Positions 19,930 through 28,084 of a DNA stretch of 64,000 nt are shown piece after piece (position 1 is the stretch's first letter; each line of letters starts with the position of its first letter). The stretch spans positions 30,392-94,391 of the forward strand of contig JAPPCX010000039.1 in assembly GCA_028875655.1 (NCBI GenBank). Direction: 5' to 3'. The notes below the pieces were generated by a model. That model had not been told where the DNA came from, made no database searches, and saw only the letters and a program-made list of their open reading frames with translations. The DNA comes from Chloroflexota bacterium. GTDB lineage: Bacteria; Chloroflexota; Dehalococcoidia; Lucifugimonadales; UBA3495. A program made the position numbers and the translations under genes.

Positions 19930-20724
19930 TCAGAACTCTCGCAATGAACGACCGGTCAAATCCAGGAAAACGTCCTCAAGGGTCGCGGCGCGCACTTCGT
20001 GGTCGCGCTGGAAACCCCGACCGATCAGTTCTTTGATCAGGGTATCCGGGGTATCGAGGGTAATGATTTTGCCCGCGTCCATCACCGCCACCCGGTCGCA
20101 AAGCTCTTCGGCCTCTTCCATGTAGTGAGTGGTCAAAACGATGGTGCGACCCTCTTCCTTCCAACCGGCGATGGTTTCCCACATCAAATGCCTGGCCTGT
20201 GGATCAAGCCCGGTGGTGGGTTCATCCAGAAATATCACCGCCGGATCGTTGACCAACGCGGCAGCAATGGCGAACCGCTGCTTCTGCCCGCCGGACAGTG
20301 TGCGAAACGAGGCAGAGCGCCGCTCCCAAAGGTCAACGGTATTGAGCAGCGGTTCCGGGTCCACTTTCATCCGGTAGATGCTGCCCAGCATTTTCAGGAT
20401 TTCCTGCAACTGCAGGTGCTCGAAAAACGCGCTGCTCTGGAGCTGAACGCCGATGAGATGCTTGACCGCCTTCGGGTCCTTCCCAACGTCAATACCCCCA
20501 ACCCTGGCCTGCCCGCTGTCGGCGGTGCGCATTCCCTCAATGATTTCAACCGTAGTGGTTTTGCCCGACCCATTCGGCCCCAGCAGGGCGAAAACCTCGC
20601 CCTTCTGCACCTCAAAGGAAACGCCGTCCACGGCCTGCACGTCGCCGTAACGTTTCCGCAAATCATCCACCACGATGATAGGTTCGCCAGCCCCGTCAGC
20701 CCCATGATTGTTGGCAATTTGCAT
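19930..20724 (-). CDS. ABC transporter ATP-binding protein (DrrA/CcmA-like exporter type)
   Basis: Walker A GPNGSGKTT, signature LSGGQKQR, Walker B VIFLDEPTTGLD. Confidence 0.9.
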   Translation of the reverse strand: MQIANNHGADGAGEPIIVVDDLRKRYGDVQAVDGVSFEVQKGEVFALLGPNGSGKTTTVEIIEGMRTADSGQARVGGIDVGKDPKAVKHLIGVQLQSSAFFEHLQLQEILKMLGSIYRMKVDPEPLLNTVDLWERRSASFRTLSGGQKQRFAIAAALVNDPAVIFLDEPTTGLDPQARHLMWETIAGWKEEGRTIVLTTHYMEEAEELCDRVAVMDAGKIITLDTPDTLIKELIGRGFQRDHEVRAATLEDVFLDLTGRSLREF

Positions 20725-20742
20725 TCGATTCCGTCCCTGAAA

Positions 20743-20751
20743 ATTATACCA
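20743..20751 (-). promoter_or_regulatory. extended -10 promoter element TGGTATAAT for the ABC-2/ffh transcription unit
   Basis: The reverse complement of 20743-20751 reads TGGTATAAT, 19 nt upstream of ATG 20724. Confidence 0.4.
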
Positions 20752-20810
20752 CCGCCCACTCGAGTCCCACCGATGTTGTAACCAGTGCAGTGAACCGGAC
20801 AGATCGCGGG

Positions 20811-20819
20811 TGGTAAAAT
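20811..20819 (+). promoter_or_regulatory. extended -10 promoter element TGGTAAAAT for sbcC-like gene (near-leaderless)
   Basis: The motif ends 10 nt before ATG 20830. No SD lies between them. Confidence 0.35.
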
Positions 20820-20829
20820 CTGCGATGCC

Positions 20830-23397
20830 ATGATCCCGCTCCGATTGTCAGTCCGCAATTTCCTGTGCTACCGCGATGATGTGCCAGCCTTGGACCTACA
20901 GGGCATACACGTAGCCTGTTTGTGCGGAGCAAATGGGCACGGCAAGTCGGCGTTGCTGGATGCCATGACCTGGTGCCTTTGGGGGCAGGCGCGAACCGGC
21001 AGCCGGAACCACAACTCGCTAATCGCCTACGGCGAGACCGAGTGCCGGGTCGAACTCGATTTCCAGGCTAAGGGTCAACTGTACCGGGCCATTCGCCGCC
21101 GGCGCAGCGCTGGCCAGGGTCGCACTGAGCTGGACCTGTTCGTGCTGGACGATGCCGAGCAGCCGCGCCCCATCACCGGAAACACCCTGAACGAGACCGC
21201 CACCCGCATCAGAAACCTGCTGGGCATGGACTACGACACCTTCGTGAATTCCGCCTTTCTGCTTCAGGGCCGCTCGGATGAATTCACCCGCAAAACTCCG
21301 TCGGAGCGGAAGGACGTGCTGTCGTCGATTCTTGGCCTGGACCTGTACGAAGCTTTACAAGCGGCCGCCCGCAATAAACGCTCCGAATGGCAGGACAACG
21401 TCACTCGAACCGAGGGCGCGCTGACCCAAACCAGAACCGCGCTGGACGAATTACCCGACCCCACCGACGAACTGGCCGTCATTGAGCGACGGCTGAACGC
21501 GCTGGCCGGCGAACTGGACGCCGCCGCCGCGGAGGCATCGCAGCGATGGGCGAGCGTAGAAGAACTGCGCCGAAAGCGGGCGGAACTCGCCCGCGCGGAA
21601 CAACGCATTGCCACGCTGCGGGAGGATATCGAGCGGACCGGCGCAGCAATAGCGGCTACGCGGCAGCGGATTGATCACACCAAAGCCTTGTCGGAGCGGG
21701 CCAACGAAATCGACGCCGGTGCGCAACAACTGGCGGCGGCGCGGGACGACCTGGAGCGGCTGGAATCGGCGCGCCGGGAGTACGACCGCCTGCACGACCA
21801 CCGCAACGAGTTGCAGGTGGCGATTGGGCGAGAGCAGGCCGCGCTATCCGCGGAGTCCGTGGAGCTGGAGCGGCGCATCCGCGAGGAACTGGAGCCATGG
21901 GCAGGCCGGGCCGAATCCATCGCCGGCCGGCTGGCGGACTTGGCGGATGCGGAGCAGGGCCTGATTGCGGAGCAGGACGTTATTGACGCGCAAAGCGCCG
22001 ACGCTACAGAACTGCAAAGCAGTATCGCCGTGGCGCAAGGCGCTATGGAGCGATGCGTCTCTGAGGGAAAAGAACTCCGGACCAGACAAATCGATATGCA
22101 ATCCGCCGGGGCATTATGCCCGCTGTGCCGCACGCCTCTGACCGAAGATGCATGCGGCAACATCGCCGACTGGTATGAGTCGGAGATTGCGGCCAAGCTG
22201 CGGCAGCATACCGAAATCAAAGAAGGACTCAACGGACTGACGCAGCGGCTGGAAGAACTGTCCGGCGATACGGATCGCCGGCGCAAGGCGCTGGCCCGGC
22301 AACAGGGGCAAACGCAGCAGGAACGGGGCCGGCTGGAGCAGGAACGCCGGCAGAGCGATGACGCAACGGAACAGTTGAGAACCCTGCAACCGCGTTTGGC
22401 CGGGCTGCAAGCGGCGCTGGCGGCCGGGGATTTCGCAGCCGACGAACGGGTTGCGCTCGGCGAAATCGACGATGCCATCGCGGCTCTGGCCTATGACGAC
22501 ACCAGCCGGGAGGAGGCATACCGCCTGACGCAATCGCTGCTGCATTGGGAAACAGAGCGCCGGGATCTGGATGCGGCGCTGGCCCGGCTGCCCGGCGATG
22601 AGGCCGAACTGGGGCAGAATGAAGAGCGGGCGGAACGCTGGCGGACGGAACTGGCCGACGCAGAAGCCGGGTTGACGGCAGACCTGGCGGCCATTGCCGA
22701 ACTGCCGGAACAGGAACGGGCGGCTGAAATCGCGGACGCTGCGCTGGCCGCGCTGTCCAGTGAAAGGGATGATCTGCTGGCCCGGCAGGGCCGCTTGCAG
22801 GCCGACGCGGAAAGAAGGCGTGGCTACCAGGCCGAAATTGGCCGCCTCCAGAGCAGCCACAACAGCGCTCAAACCGAGCAGGGCATCTACGCCGAGCTGT
22901 TCGGCGCGTTCGGCAGAAGCGGCGTTCCGGCCATGCTGATCGACGCCGCCGTGCCTCACTTGGAAAACGAGGCCAACCACCTGCTGGGCCGCATGACCGA
23001 CAACCGCATGGCGATCCGGCTGGAAACCCAGCGGGACAACCGGAGCGGCAATACCACAGAGACCCTGGACATCCTCATCAGCGATGAGTTGGGGTCGCGC
23101 AACTACGAGTTGTTCAGCGGCGGCGAGGCGTTCCGCATCAACCTGGCGCTGCGGATTGCGCTGTCCAAGGTTTTGTCGCAACGGCTGGGCGCGCCACTGC
23201 CTACGCTGTTCATCGACGAGGGGTTCGGCACACAAGACGCGGCCGGGCGCGAGCGCATCGTTGACGCCATCGCGTCCATCCAGGACGAGTTCGAGAAGAT
23301 CATCGTGATAACGCACCTGGACGATTTGAAGGACCTGTTCCCCGCTCGCATTGAGGTGCTGAAAACGGAGGCCGGCTCGCAATTCTGGCTGAGTTAG
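20830..23397 (+). CDS. sbcC: SbcC/Rad50-like SMC-family ATPase with CxxC zinc hook
   Basis: Walker A GANGHGKSALLDA, long coiled-coil middle, hook CPLC (LCPLCRTPL), signature FSGGEAFRINLALR, Walker B LFIDEGFG. 855 aa. Confidence 0.8.
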   Translation: MIPLRLSVRNFLCYRDDVPALDLQGIHVACLCGANGHGKSALLDAMTWCLWGQARTGSRNHNSLIAYGETECRVELDFQAKGQLYRAIRRRRSAGQGRTELDLFVLDDAEQPRPITGNTLNETATRIRNLLGMDYDTFVNSAFLLQGRSDEFTRKTPSERKDVLSSILGLDLYEALQAAARNKRSEWQDNVTRTEGALTQTRTALDELPDPTDELAVIERRLNALAGELDAAAAEASQRWASVEELRRKRAELARAEQRIATLREDIERTGAAIAATRQRIDHTKALSERANEIDAGAQQLAAARDDLERLESARREYDRLHDHRNELQVAIGREQAALSAESVELERRIREELEPWAGRAESIAGRLADLADAEQGLIAEQDVIDAQSADATELQSSIAVAQGAMERCVSEGKELRTRQIDMQSAGALCPLCRTPLTEDACGNIADWYESEIAAKLRQHTEIKEGLNGLTQRLEELSGDTDRRRKALARQQGQTQQERGRLEQERRQSDDATEQLRTLQPRLAGLQAALAAGDFAADERVALGEIDDAIAALAYDDTSREEAYRLTQSLLHWETERRDLDAALARLPGDEAELGQNEERAERWRTELADAEAGLTADLAAIAELPEQERAAEIADAALAALSSERDDLLARQGRLQADAERRRGYQAEIGRLQSSHNSAQTEQGIYAELFGAFGRSGVPAMLIDAAVPHLENEANHLLGRMTDNRMAIRLETQRDNRSGNTTETLDILISDELGSRNYELFSGGEAFRINLALRIALSKVLSQRLGAPLPTLFIDEGFGTQDAAGRERIVDAIASIQDEFEKIIVITHLDDLKDLFPARIEVLKTEAGSQFWLS

Positions 23398-23415
23398 AAC
23401 GTGTTGGAGAAGTTA

Positions 23416-23480
23416 GTCATTCCCGCACCTTACCCGTCATTCCCAGACCCCTACCGTCATTCCCGCGAAAGCGGGAATCC
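23416..23480. repeat. REP-like element family A (inverted orientation): 2 tail units GTCATTCCC + hairpin head
   Basis: GTCATTCCC recurs at 20-nt spacing. The element ends in ATTCCCGC-GAAA-GCGGGAAT. Confidence 0.8.
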
Positions 23481-23498
23481 AGTGAAGGAGAGAACATC

Positions 23499-23924
23499 AT
23501 GCTGACCGACGCGCAACGGGATTTTCTGTCCCGAAACCACAACGGGGCGCTGACCACGTTCCGCCGCAATGGAGCGGCGCAGATGAGCATTGTCACCTGC
23601 GGCATTTATGGCGACGGGGTGGCGTTCACCACCACCGAGGACCGGGCCAAGTTGCGGAACCTGCGGCGGGATCCGCGCTGCACCATCCTGGTGGGCACCG
23701 ACGACTGGCGCAACTTCGTGGTGCTGGAGGGCGAAGCCAAGCTGTTCGGCGTCGATAACACCAGCGCCGACGAATACCGGGAAACGCTGCGCAACGTGTA
23801 CCGCACCGCGGCCGGGCAGGAACACCCCAACTGGCCGGAGTACGACCAGGCGATGCGGGACGACCGGCGCTACGGTATCATCGTGACGCCGACCCACGTT
23901 TACGGGCGGACGGATCTCAGATGA
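23499..23924 (+). CDS. PPOX-class (pyridoxamine 5'-phosphate oxidase fold) probable F420-dependent enzyme
   Basis: 141 aa. FLSRNHNGALTTFRRNGAAQMSIV...DPRCTILV is the typical family pattern. AAGGAG SD. Confidence 0.7.
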   Translation: MLTDAQRDFLSRNHNGALTTFRRNGAAQMSIVTCGIYGDGVAFTTTEDRAKLRNLRRDPRCTILVGTDDWRNFVVLEGEAKLFGVDNTSADEYRETLRNVYRTAAGQEHPNWPEYDQAMRDDRRYGIIVTPTHVYGRTDLR

Positions 23925-26199
23925 TGCCTTCGGCCAACCGCAGGGCCTCCACGTCGAAGGGGATTTCGTCGTAGTCGCCGTTGAGGGCGGCCAGGACGCG
24001 CTCGCCGGACAGGGGCAGTTGCTTGACCCGCACGCCCACGGCGTCGTACACGGCGTTGGCGATGGCGGCGGGCGGCCCGAAGCCGGGCGGCTCAGCGACG
24101 GCGCGCGCGCCAAACGGCCCATCTTCGGCCGGCACCCGGATCAGCACGTCTTCGATTTCCGGCAGGTCGATTGCCAGGGGCATGAGGTAGGACGCAAATG
24201 ACGGGTTGCGCACCGCGCCGTTGTCGGGATCAAACTGCTGGTCCTCGGTGAGGGCGCGTCCGATGCCCTGCACCACGCCGCCGTCGAGCTGGCCCTCCAC
24301 GGCCATGGGGTTGATGGCAACGCCCACGTCCTGGGCCTGAACGTAGCGCAGCAACTTGATCTGCCCGGTATCCCGGTCAACCTTGACCTCGGCGGCCTGG
24401 GTGGCGAACACCGGCGTGTAGGGCATGCTGGACAGCGCAGCCGTCCCGATGATCGGCCCGCCGCGAGAGGTGATGCTGGCGGCTGCGAGTTGGGCGAAGG
24501 TCAAACCCTGGGGTTCGTTATCCATCACGTACACCCGGCCGTCCTCGCAGCCCAGCGCATCCTCGGGGACTCCCAGGCGTTCGGCGGCCAGGGCCATCAG
24601 CTTCTGGACGGTGTCCTCGGCGGCGCGCTGCACTGCGGTGCCCTGGCTGTACACGACGCGGCTGCCGCCGGACTGGCCGGTGTAAGGGGCCATGTCGGTA
24701 TCCCGCTTGGCGACGATGACGCTGCCCATGGGAATGCCCAGGGCCTCGGCGGCGATGGCGGCCAGCGACGTGTCGCTGCCGGAAATGTCGGTGGAGCCGG
24801 TGAGCAAGCTCACCGTGCCGTCGTCGTTGACGCTGATGGCGGCGGTGGACGGGCCGCTGCCGCTGCGCCATTCGCAGAGGGCCAGGCCCAAACCGTGCCC
24901 GTCCTCAAGCTGACGCGGCCATTCCATCTTTTCCTTGATGGCCTCCAGCGTCTCGATCAGGCCGTTGGACGGGACGACCGCGCCGCTGACCGATACGTCG
25001 CCCTCGCGCAGGGCGTTGTGGAGGCGCAGGTCGTAGGGGTCCATGCCGATTTGCTGGGCGATGTGGTCCATGTGGGACTCGACGGCGAAGGTCATGTCGG
25101 CGACGCCGGAGGCGCGGTAGGACCCGACGTAGATCTTGTTGGTGTACACACCGTATGAACGCAGCCGGAAGTTGGGTATCCGGTACGCGCCGATGCCGTG
25201 ACCAATGCCGGAGTTGGGGCCGGCACCGAGATACGCGCCCACGTCGAAGATGGTGTAGGCTTCGCGGGCGACAATTGTACCGTCGTTCATCACGCCGGAG
25301 CGGACATAGTTGGTCACGGGCAGGCGCGGGCCGTTCATGGTGAATACTTCCTCGCGCGTGTTGACCAGCTTGACCGGGCGGCCCGTCCGCATGGCAAGGA
25401 GGGCCGGGAACGCCTCAAAAGCGAGCCGCAGCTTCGCGCCGAATCCGCCGCCCAGCTCCATGGGCACGATGCGGATGCGGGACACCGGCATTTCCAGCAC
25501 GGCGGCCAGGCCGGCGCGAATCTGGTACGGGCCCTGGGTGGATGCGTAAACCACCAAGCGGCCGCTGGGTTCCACGTCGGCGACGCAGGCCATGGGTTCC
25601 AGGAAGCCCTGATTGATGCCCTGGGAGCGATACACGTCCTCAACCACCACGTCGGCATCGCGGAACGCCTGCTCAACGTCGCCGCGATCGGCGTCCAGCA
25701 GAGTGCTGACGTTGTGGCCGAGCGTAAAGCCGTAGCCTTCGTAGCTCTCCAGTTCCGGATGGACGGAGGCCGCGCCTTCCACCATGGCCGATAGCGGGTT
25801 GACCACCGAAGGGATGTCCTCGTATTCAACCTTGATGAGCTCAATGGCTTCCTGAGCGGTGGCTTCATCATCGGCTGCGACGGCGGCGATGGGTTCGCCG
25901 ACGAAGTTAACTACCTCGCGGGGCATTACGTAGCGGTCGCGGAGCGCGCCGGACCCGAACCGTATATCGGGGAAGTCGGTTCCCGTGATTACGGCCCGCA
26001 CGCCGGGCAACGCGGCGGCCTCGCCGGTGTCGATGCTGACGATGCGGGCGTGGTTCCGCGCGCTGGGGAGCAGCTTGCACGCCAGCATACCGGGGAGGTA
26101 CACGTCGGAGGCGTAGGCGGCGCGGCCGGTCACCTTTTCGTAGGCGTCCACGCGGGGGTGGTTTTGTTCCAGGACTTTGAATTGGGTTGCGGTAGTCAT
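23917..26199 (-). CDS. xanthine dehydrogenase/aldehyde oxidase family molybdopterin-binding subunit (CoxL-like)
   Basis: The start is trimmed to ATG 26199 (MTTATQFKV, GGAGG upstream). The a/b hammerhead N-terminus is RVDAYEKVTGRAAYASD. The active-site loop GSYRASG is not the CODH form I VAYRCSFR motif. Confidence 0.85.
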   Translation of the reverse strand: MTTATQFKVLEQNHPRVDAYEKVTGRAAYASDVYLPGMLACKLLPSARNHARIVSIDTGEAAALPGVRAVITGTDFPDIRFGSGALRDRYVMPREVVNFVGEPIAAVAADDEATAQEAIELIKVEYEDIPSVVNPLSAMVEGAASVHPELESYEGYGFTLGHNVSTLLDADRGDVEQAFRDADVVVEDVYRSQGINQGFLEPMACVADVEPSGRLVVYASTQGPYQIRAGLAAVLEMPVSRIRIVPMELGGGFGAKLRLAFEAFPALLAMRTGRPVKLVNTREEVFTMNGPRLPVTNYVRSGVMNDGTIVAREAYTIFDVGAYLGAGPNSGIGHGIGAYRIPNFRLRSYGVYTNKIYVGSYRASGVADMTFAVESHMDHIAQQIGMDPYDLRLHNALREGDVSVSGAVVPSNGLIETLEAIKEKMEWPRQLEDGHGLGLALCEWRSGSGPSTAAISVNDDGTVSLLTGSTDISGSDTSLAAIAAEALGIPMGSVIVAKRDTDMAPYTGQSGGSRVVYSQGTAVQRAAEDTVQKLMALAAERLGVPEDALGCEDGRVYVMDNEPQGLTFAQLAAASITSRGGPIIGTAALSSMPYTPVFATQAAEVKVDRDTGQIKLLRYVQAQDVGVAINPMAVEGQLDGGVVQGIGRALTEDQQFDPDNGAVRNPSFASYLMPLAIDLPEIEDVLIRVPAEDGPFGARAVAEPPGFGPPAAIANAVYDAVGVRVKQLPLSGERVLAALNGDYDEIPFDVEALRLAEGII

Positions 26200-26272
26200 C
26201 GGTTGCCTCCGTGTCGGAGTTGGAGAGTAGAAGGCGCCGGGTAGTTCGTATGGGTTGCCACCCTCACCATAG

Positions 26273-26295
26273 CCCTCTCCCATCAAGGGAGAGGG
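26273..26295. repeat. hairpin CCCTCTCCC-ATCAA-GGGAGAGGG in coxS-coxL gap
   Basis: 9-bp perfect stem in the 116-nt intercistronic spacer. Confidence 0.6.
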
Positions 26296-26315
26296 GACAT
26301 TATCAGCTACGGTAA

Positions 26316-26792
26316 TCAGGCGGATGCTCGCATTTCGGCGGCGGCGGCCATGATTGCCTCCACCACGCGGTTGTAGCCCGTGCAGCGGCAGAGGTTCCCG
26401 CCGATGGCGAAACGAACATCCTCCTCGGTGGGGTCGGGATTGGCTTGCAGGAAGCCGGTGGCGGACATGATGAGGCCCGGGATGCAGAAGCCGCATTGCA
26501 GGCCGCCGTGATCGACGAAAGCTTTCTGCACCGGACTCAGTCCGTCCACGTCGGCCAAGCCTTCGATGGTGGTGATCTCGGAATCGTGGGCGCTGTGGGC
26601 GAGGACGAGGCAGGACGTGACGGGCTTGCCGTCCATCAGGACGGTACAAGCGCCGCAGTCGCCTTCATCGCAACCCTTTTTGGAGCCGGTCAGCCTGGCA
26701 TCGTCGCGCAGGCAATCCAGGAGAGAGTAGAAAGGTTCTACCAGGAGCAGGCGGTTTTCGCCATTTATGTTGAGTGTCAGGGGTTGTTTCAT
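26316..26792 (-). CDS. (2Fe-2S)-binding small subunit (CoxS-like)
   Basis: Plant-type cluster motif CDEGDCGACTV and second cluster CGFCIPG...CRCTGY. ATG 26792 (MKQPLTLNING) is preferred over TTG 26807. Confidence 0.9.
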   Translation of the reverse strand: MKQPLTLNINGENRLLLVEPFYSLLDCLRDDARLTGSKKGCDEGDCGACTVLMDGKPVTSCLVLAHSAHDSEITTIEGLADVDGLSPVQKAFVDHGGLQCGFCIPGLIMSATGFLQANPDPTEEDVRFAIGGNLCRCTGYNRVVEAIMAAAAEMRASA

Positions 26793-26815
26793 TTGGATCA
26801 ACCTCAAACTTCACG

Positions 26816-26884
26816 CCTGGATTCCCGCTTTCGCGGGAATGACGGTAGTGTGGGCGGGAATGACGGTGGGGAGCGGAATTACCC
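26816..26884. repeat. REP-like element family A: hairpin head GGATTCCCGCTTTCGCGGGAATGACGG + 2 tail units
   Basis: Stem ATTCCCGC/GCGGGAAT with loop TTTC, followed by GGGAATGACGG and GGAATTACC repeats at about 20-nt spacing. Confidence 0.85.
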
Positions 26885-26899
26885 AGTAGGATGAGCGTA

Positions 26900-26970
26900 G
26901 ATTCCGGCCCCGTATCAAGTACGGGGTGACGTTCTTTCGCCGGAATGACGGTGGGGGCAGCAATGACGGG
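26900..26970. repeat. REP-like element family A, composite form with nested inner hairpin
   Basis: GATTCCGGC[CCCGTATCAAGTACGGGG]TGACGTTCTTTCGCCGGAATGACGG. A near copy lies at 53440-53500. Confidence 0.8.
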
Positions 26971-26974
26971 GTAG

Positions 26975-27892
26975 TTACCAGGCGGTTTGGACGGCCAGGC
27001 GGCGGATGTCATCGTATGAGGGGGGATTGCCGGCGGTGGCGACGGCGTGGCTGAGCGTGCGCTCGGTGAGGACGCGCACCATCTCACGGCGGTAGTCTGC
27101 GCCGCTGCGCACGTCGGCGATGGGATTGCAGGATTGGGCGGCCAAGCGGCCGGCCTCGGCGATGTTGGCGGCATCCGGAATTTGGCCCACCAGCCGGCCC
27201 TCCGCGCCGTAGGCTCGCATGGGCGTAGGAGCGACGGCACCCAGTGCGATCCGCGCCGAGGCACAGGTTCCGTCGGCATTGAGGCTGACCACGGAGGCGA
27301 CGCCGACGGCCGAAATGTCCATCGCGCCGCGAGGACTGTGCTTGATGTACAACCCGCCGGTGTTCTCAGCCGGAGGGGGCAGCCGGATTTCGGTAAGAAT
27401 CTCGCCGGATTCCAGCGCCGTGCGGCCCGGGGCGACGAACACCTCGTCCATGGGCAGCCAACGCTCGCCTCCGGTTCCGATGATGCGGCACTGGGCGTTA
27501 TAGGCGAGTAGAGCCGGCAGGGTATCGCCGGCGGGGGAGGCATTGCACACGTTGCCGGCCACGGTGGCCAGGTTACGCACCTGCACGCCGGCGAACGCGG
27601 TTGCGCCGGCGACGAGCGCGGGGTAGCGGCTGCGAACGTCACCGTTCTGCTCAATGTCCTGGACAGTCGCCATGGCTCCGATGGACAGGCCATCGTCCGG
27701 GTTCCAGGTGATGTGGTCCAGGCCGGGGACGTGCTGCATACAAACTACGGAATCGGGTCGCCACACGCCGGTTCGCCAGCGAACCAGGAAATCGGTGCTG
27801 CCGGCGACGAGGCGAGTACTGTTTCCGCCGTCGGCCAGCATCCGGAGCGCCTCATCCAGGGAGCGCGGCTCCAGGTAGTCAAAACGAGCCAT
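26975..27892 (-). CDS. FAD-binding medium subunit of molybdopterin dehydrogenase (CoxM-like)
   Basis: MARFDYLEPRSLDEAL...AGSTDF is the typical FAD_binding_5 N-terminus. ATG 27892 has GGAGGG upstream. Confidence 0.85.
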   Translation of the reverse strand: MARFDYLEPRSLDEALRMLADGGNSTRLVAGSTDFLVRWRTGVWRPDSVVCMQHVPGLDHITWNPDDGLSIGAMATVQDIEQNGDVRSRYPALVAGATAFAGVQVRNLATVAGNVCNASPAGDTLPALLAYNAQCRIIGTGGERWLPMDEVFVAPGRTALESGEILTEIRLPPPAENTGGLYIKHSPRGAMDISAVGVASVVSLNADGTCASARIALGAVAPTPMRAYGAEGRLVGQIPDAANIAEAGRLAAQSCNPIADVRSGADYRREMVRVLTERTLSHAVATAGNPPSYDDIRRLAVQTAW

Positions 27893-28034
27893 CAAGCCCT
27901 CCAACTCCGGCGCGGTAGTTGCTGGGAAAAGGGAGTCAGCGGATCATTCCCGGATGCGCCGGAACGGTTGGATTATAGGGTTGGGCGGCGAAAGCGGTCA
28001 ACGCTGTCCACCGCTGTCACCCAAGCGGACAAAG

Positions 28035-28063
28035 GTAGGGGCGGGTTTCAGACCCGCCCCTAC
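28035..28063. repeat. palindrome family B GTAGGGGCGGGTTTCAGACCCGCCCCTAC
   Basis: Second copy of the 11386-11414 element, lying between the coxM-like start and the stop of the fusion gene. Confidence 0.7.
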
Positions 28064-28084
28064 AAACTTCGCTTTGCGCGCTAA

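Noticed and set aside
23416-23480. 20-nt periodic GTCATTCCC / GGAATGACG units that could be mistaken for a mini CRISPR array
   Set aside because: Each locus has only 2-3 units. The units are ~9 nt with ~11-nt spacers, far too short for CRISPR. They are always attached to the same palindromic head, and no cas genes are present. They fit REP/MITE tails better.
23917-26649. N-terminal extensions of track ORFs: 23917-26649, 5914-7143, 12671-13834, 51137-52354, 60949-62307, 8674-9408, 35157-35594
   Set aside because: The extensions run through REP elements or overlap the upstream gene. Internal ATGs with good SD sequences coincide with the conserved N-termini of the families, so the starts were trimmed.
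26665-27693. 342-aa ORF overlapping the CoxM-like gene in another frame
   Set aside because: It is a Pro/Ala/Arg-rich shadow translation. The 26975-27892 frame has the FAD-binding domain signature.
23917-27892. Calling the CoxMSL-like genes an aerobic CO dehydrogenase
   Set aside because: The large subunit has GSYRASG rather than the form I VAYRCSFR or form II AYRGAGR active-site loop. No coxDEFG accessory genes are adjacent. Only the generic XDH/aldehyde oxidase family is supported.
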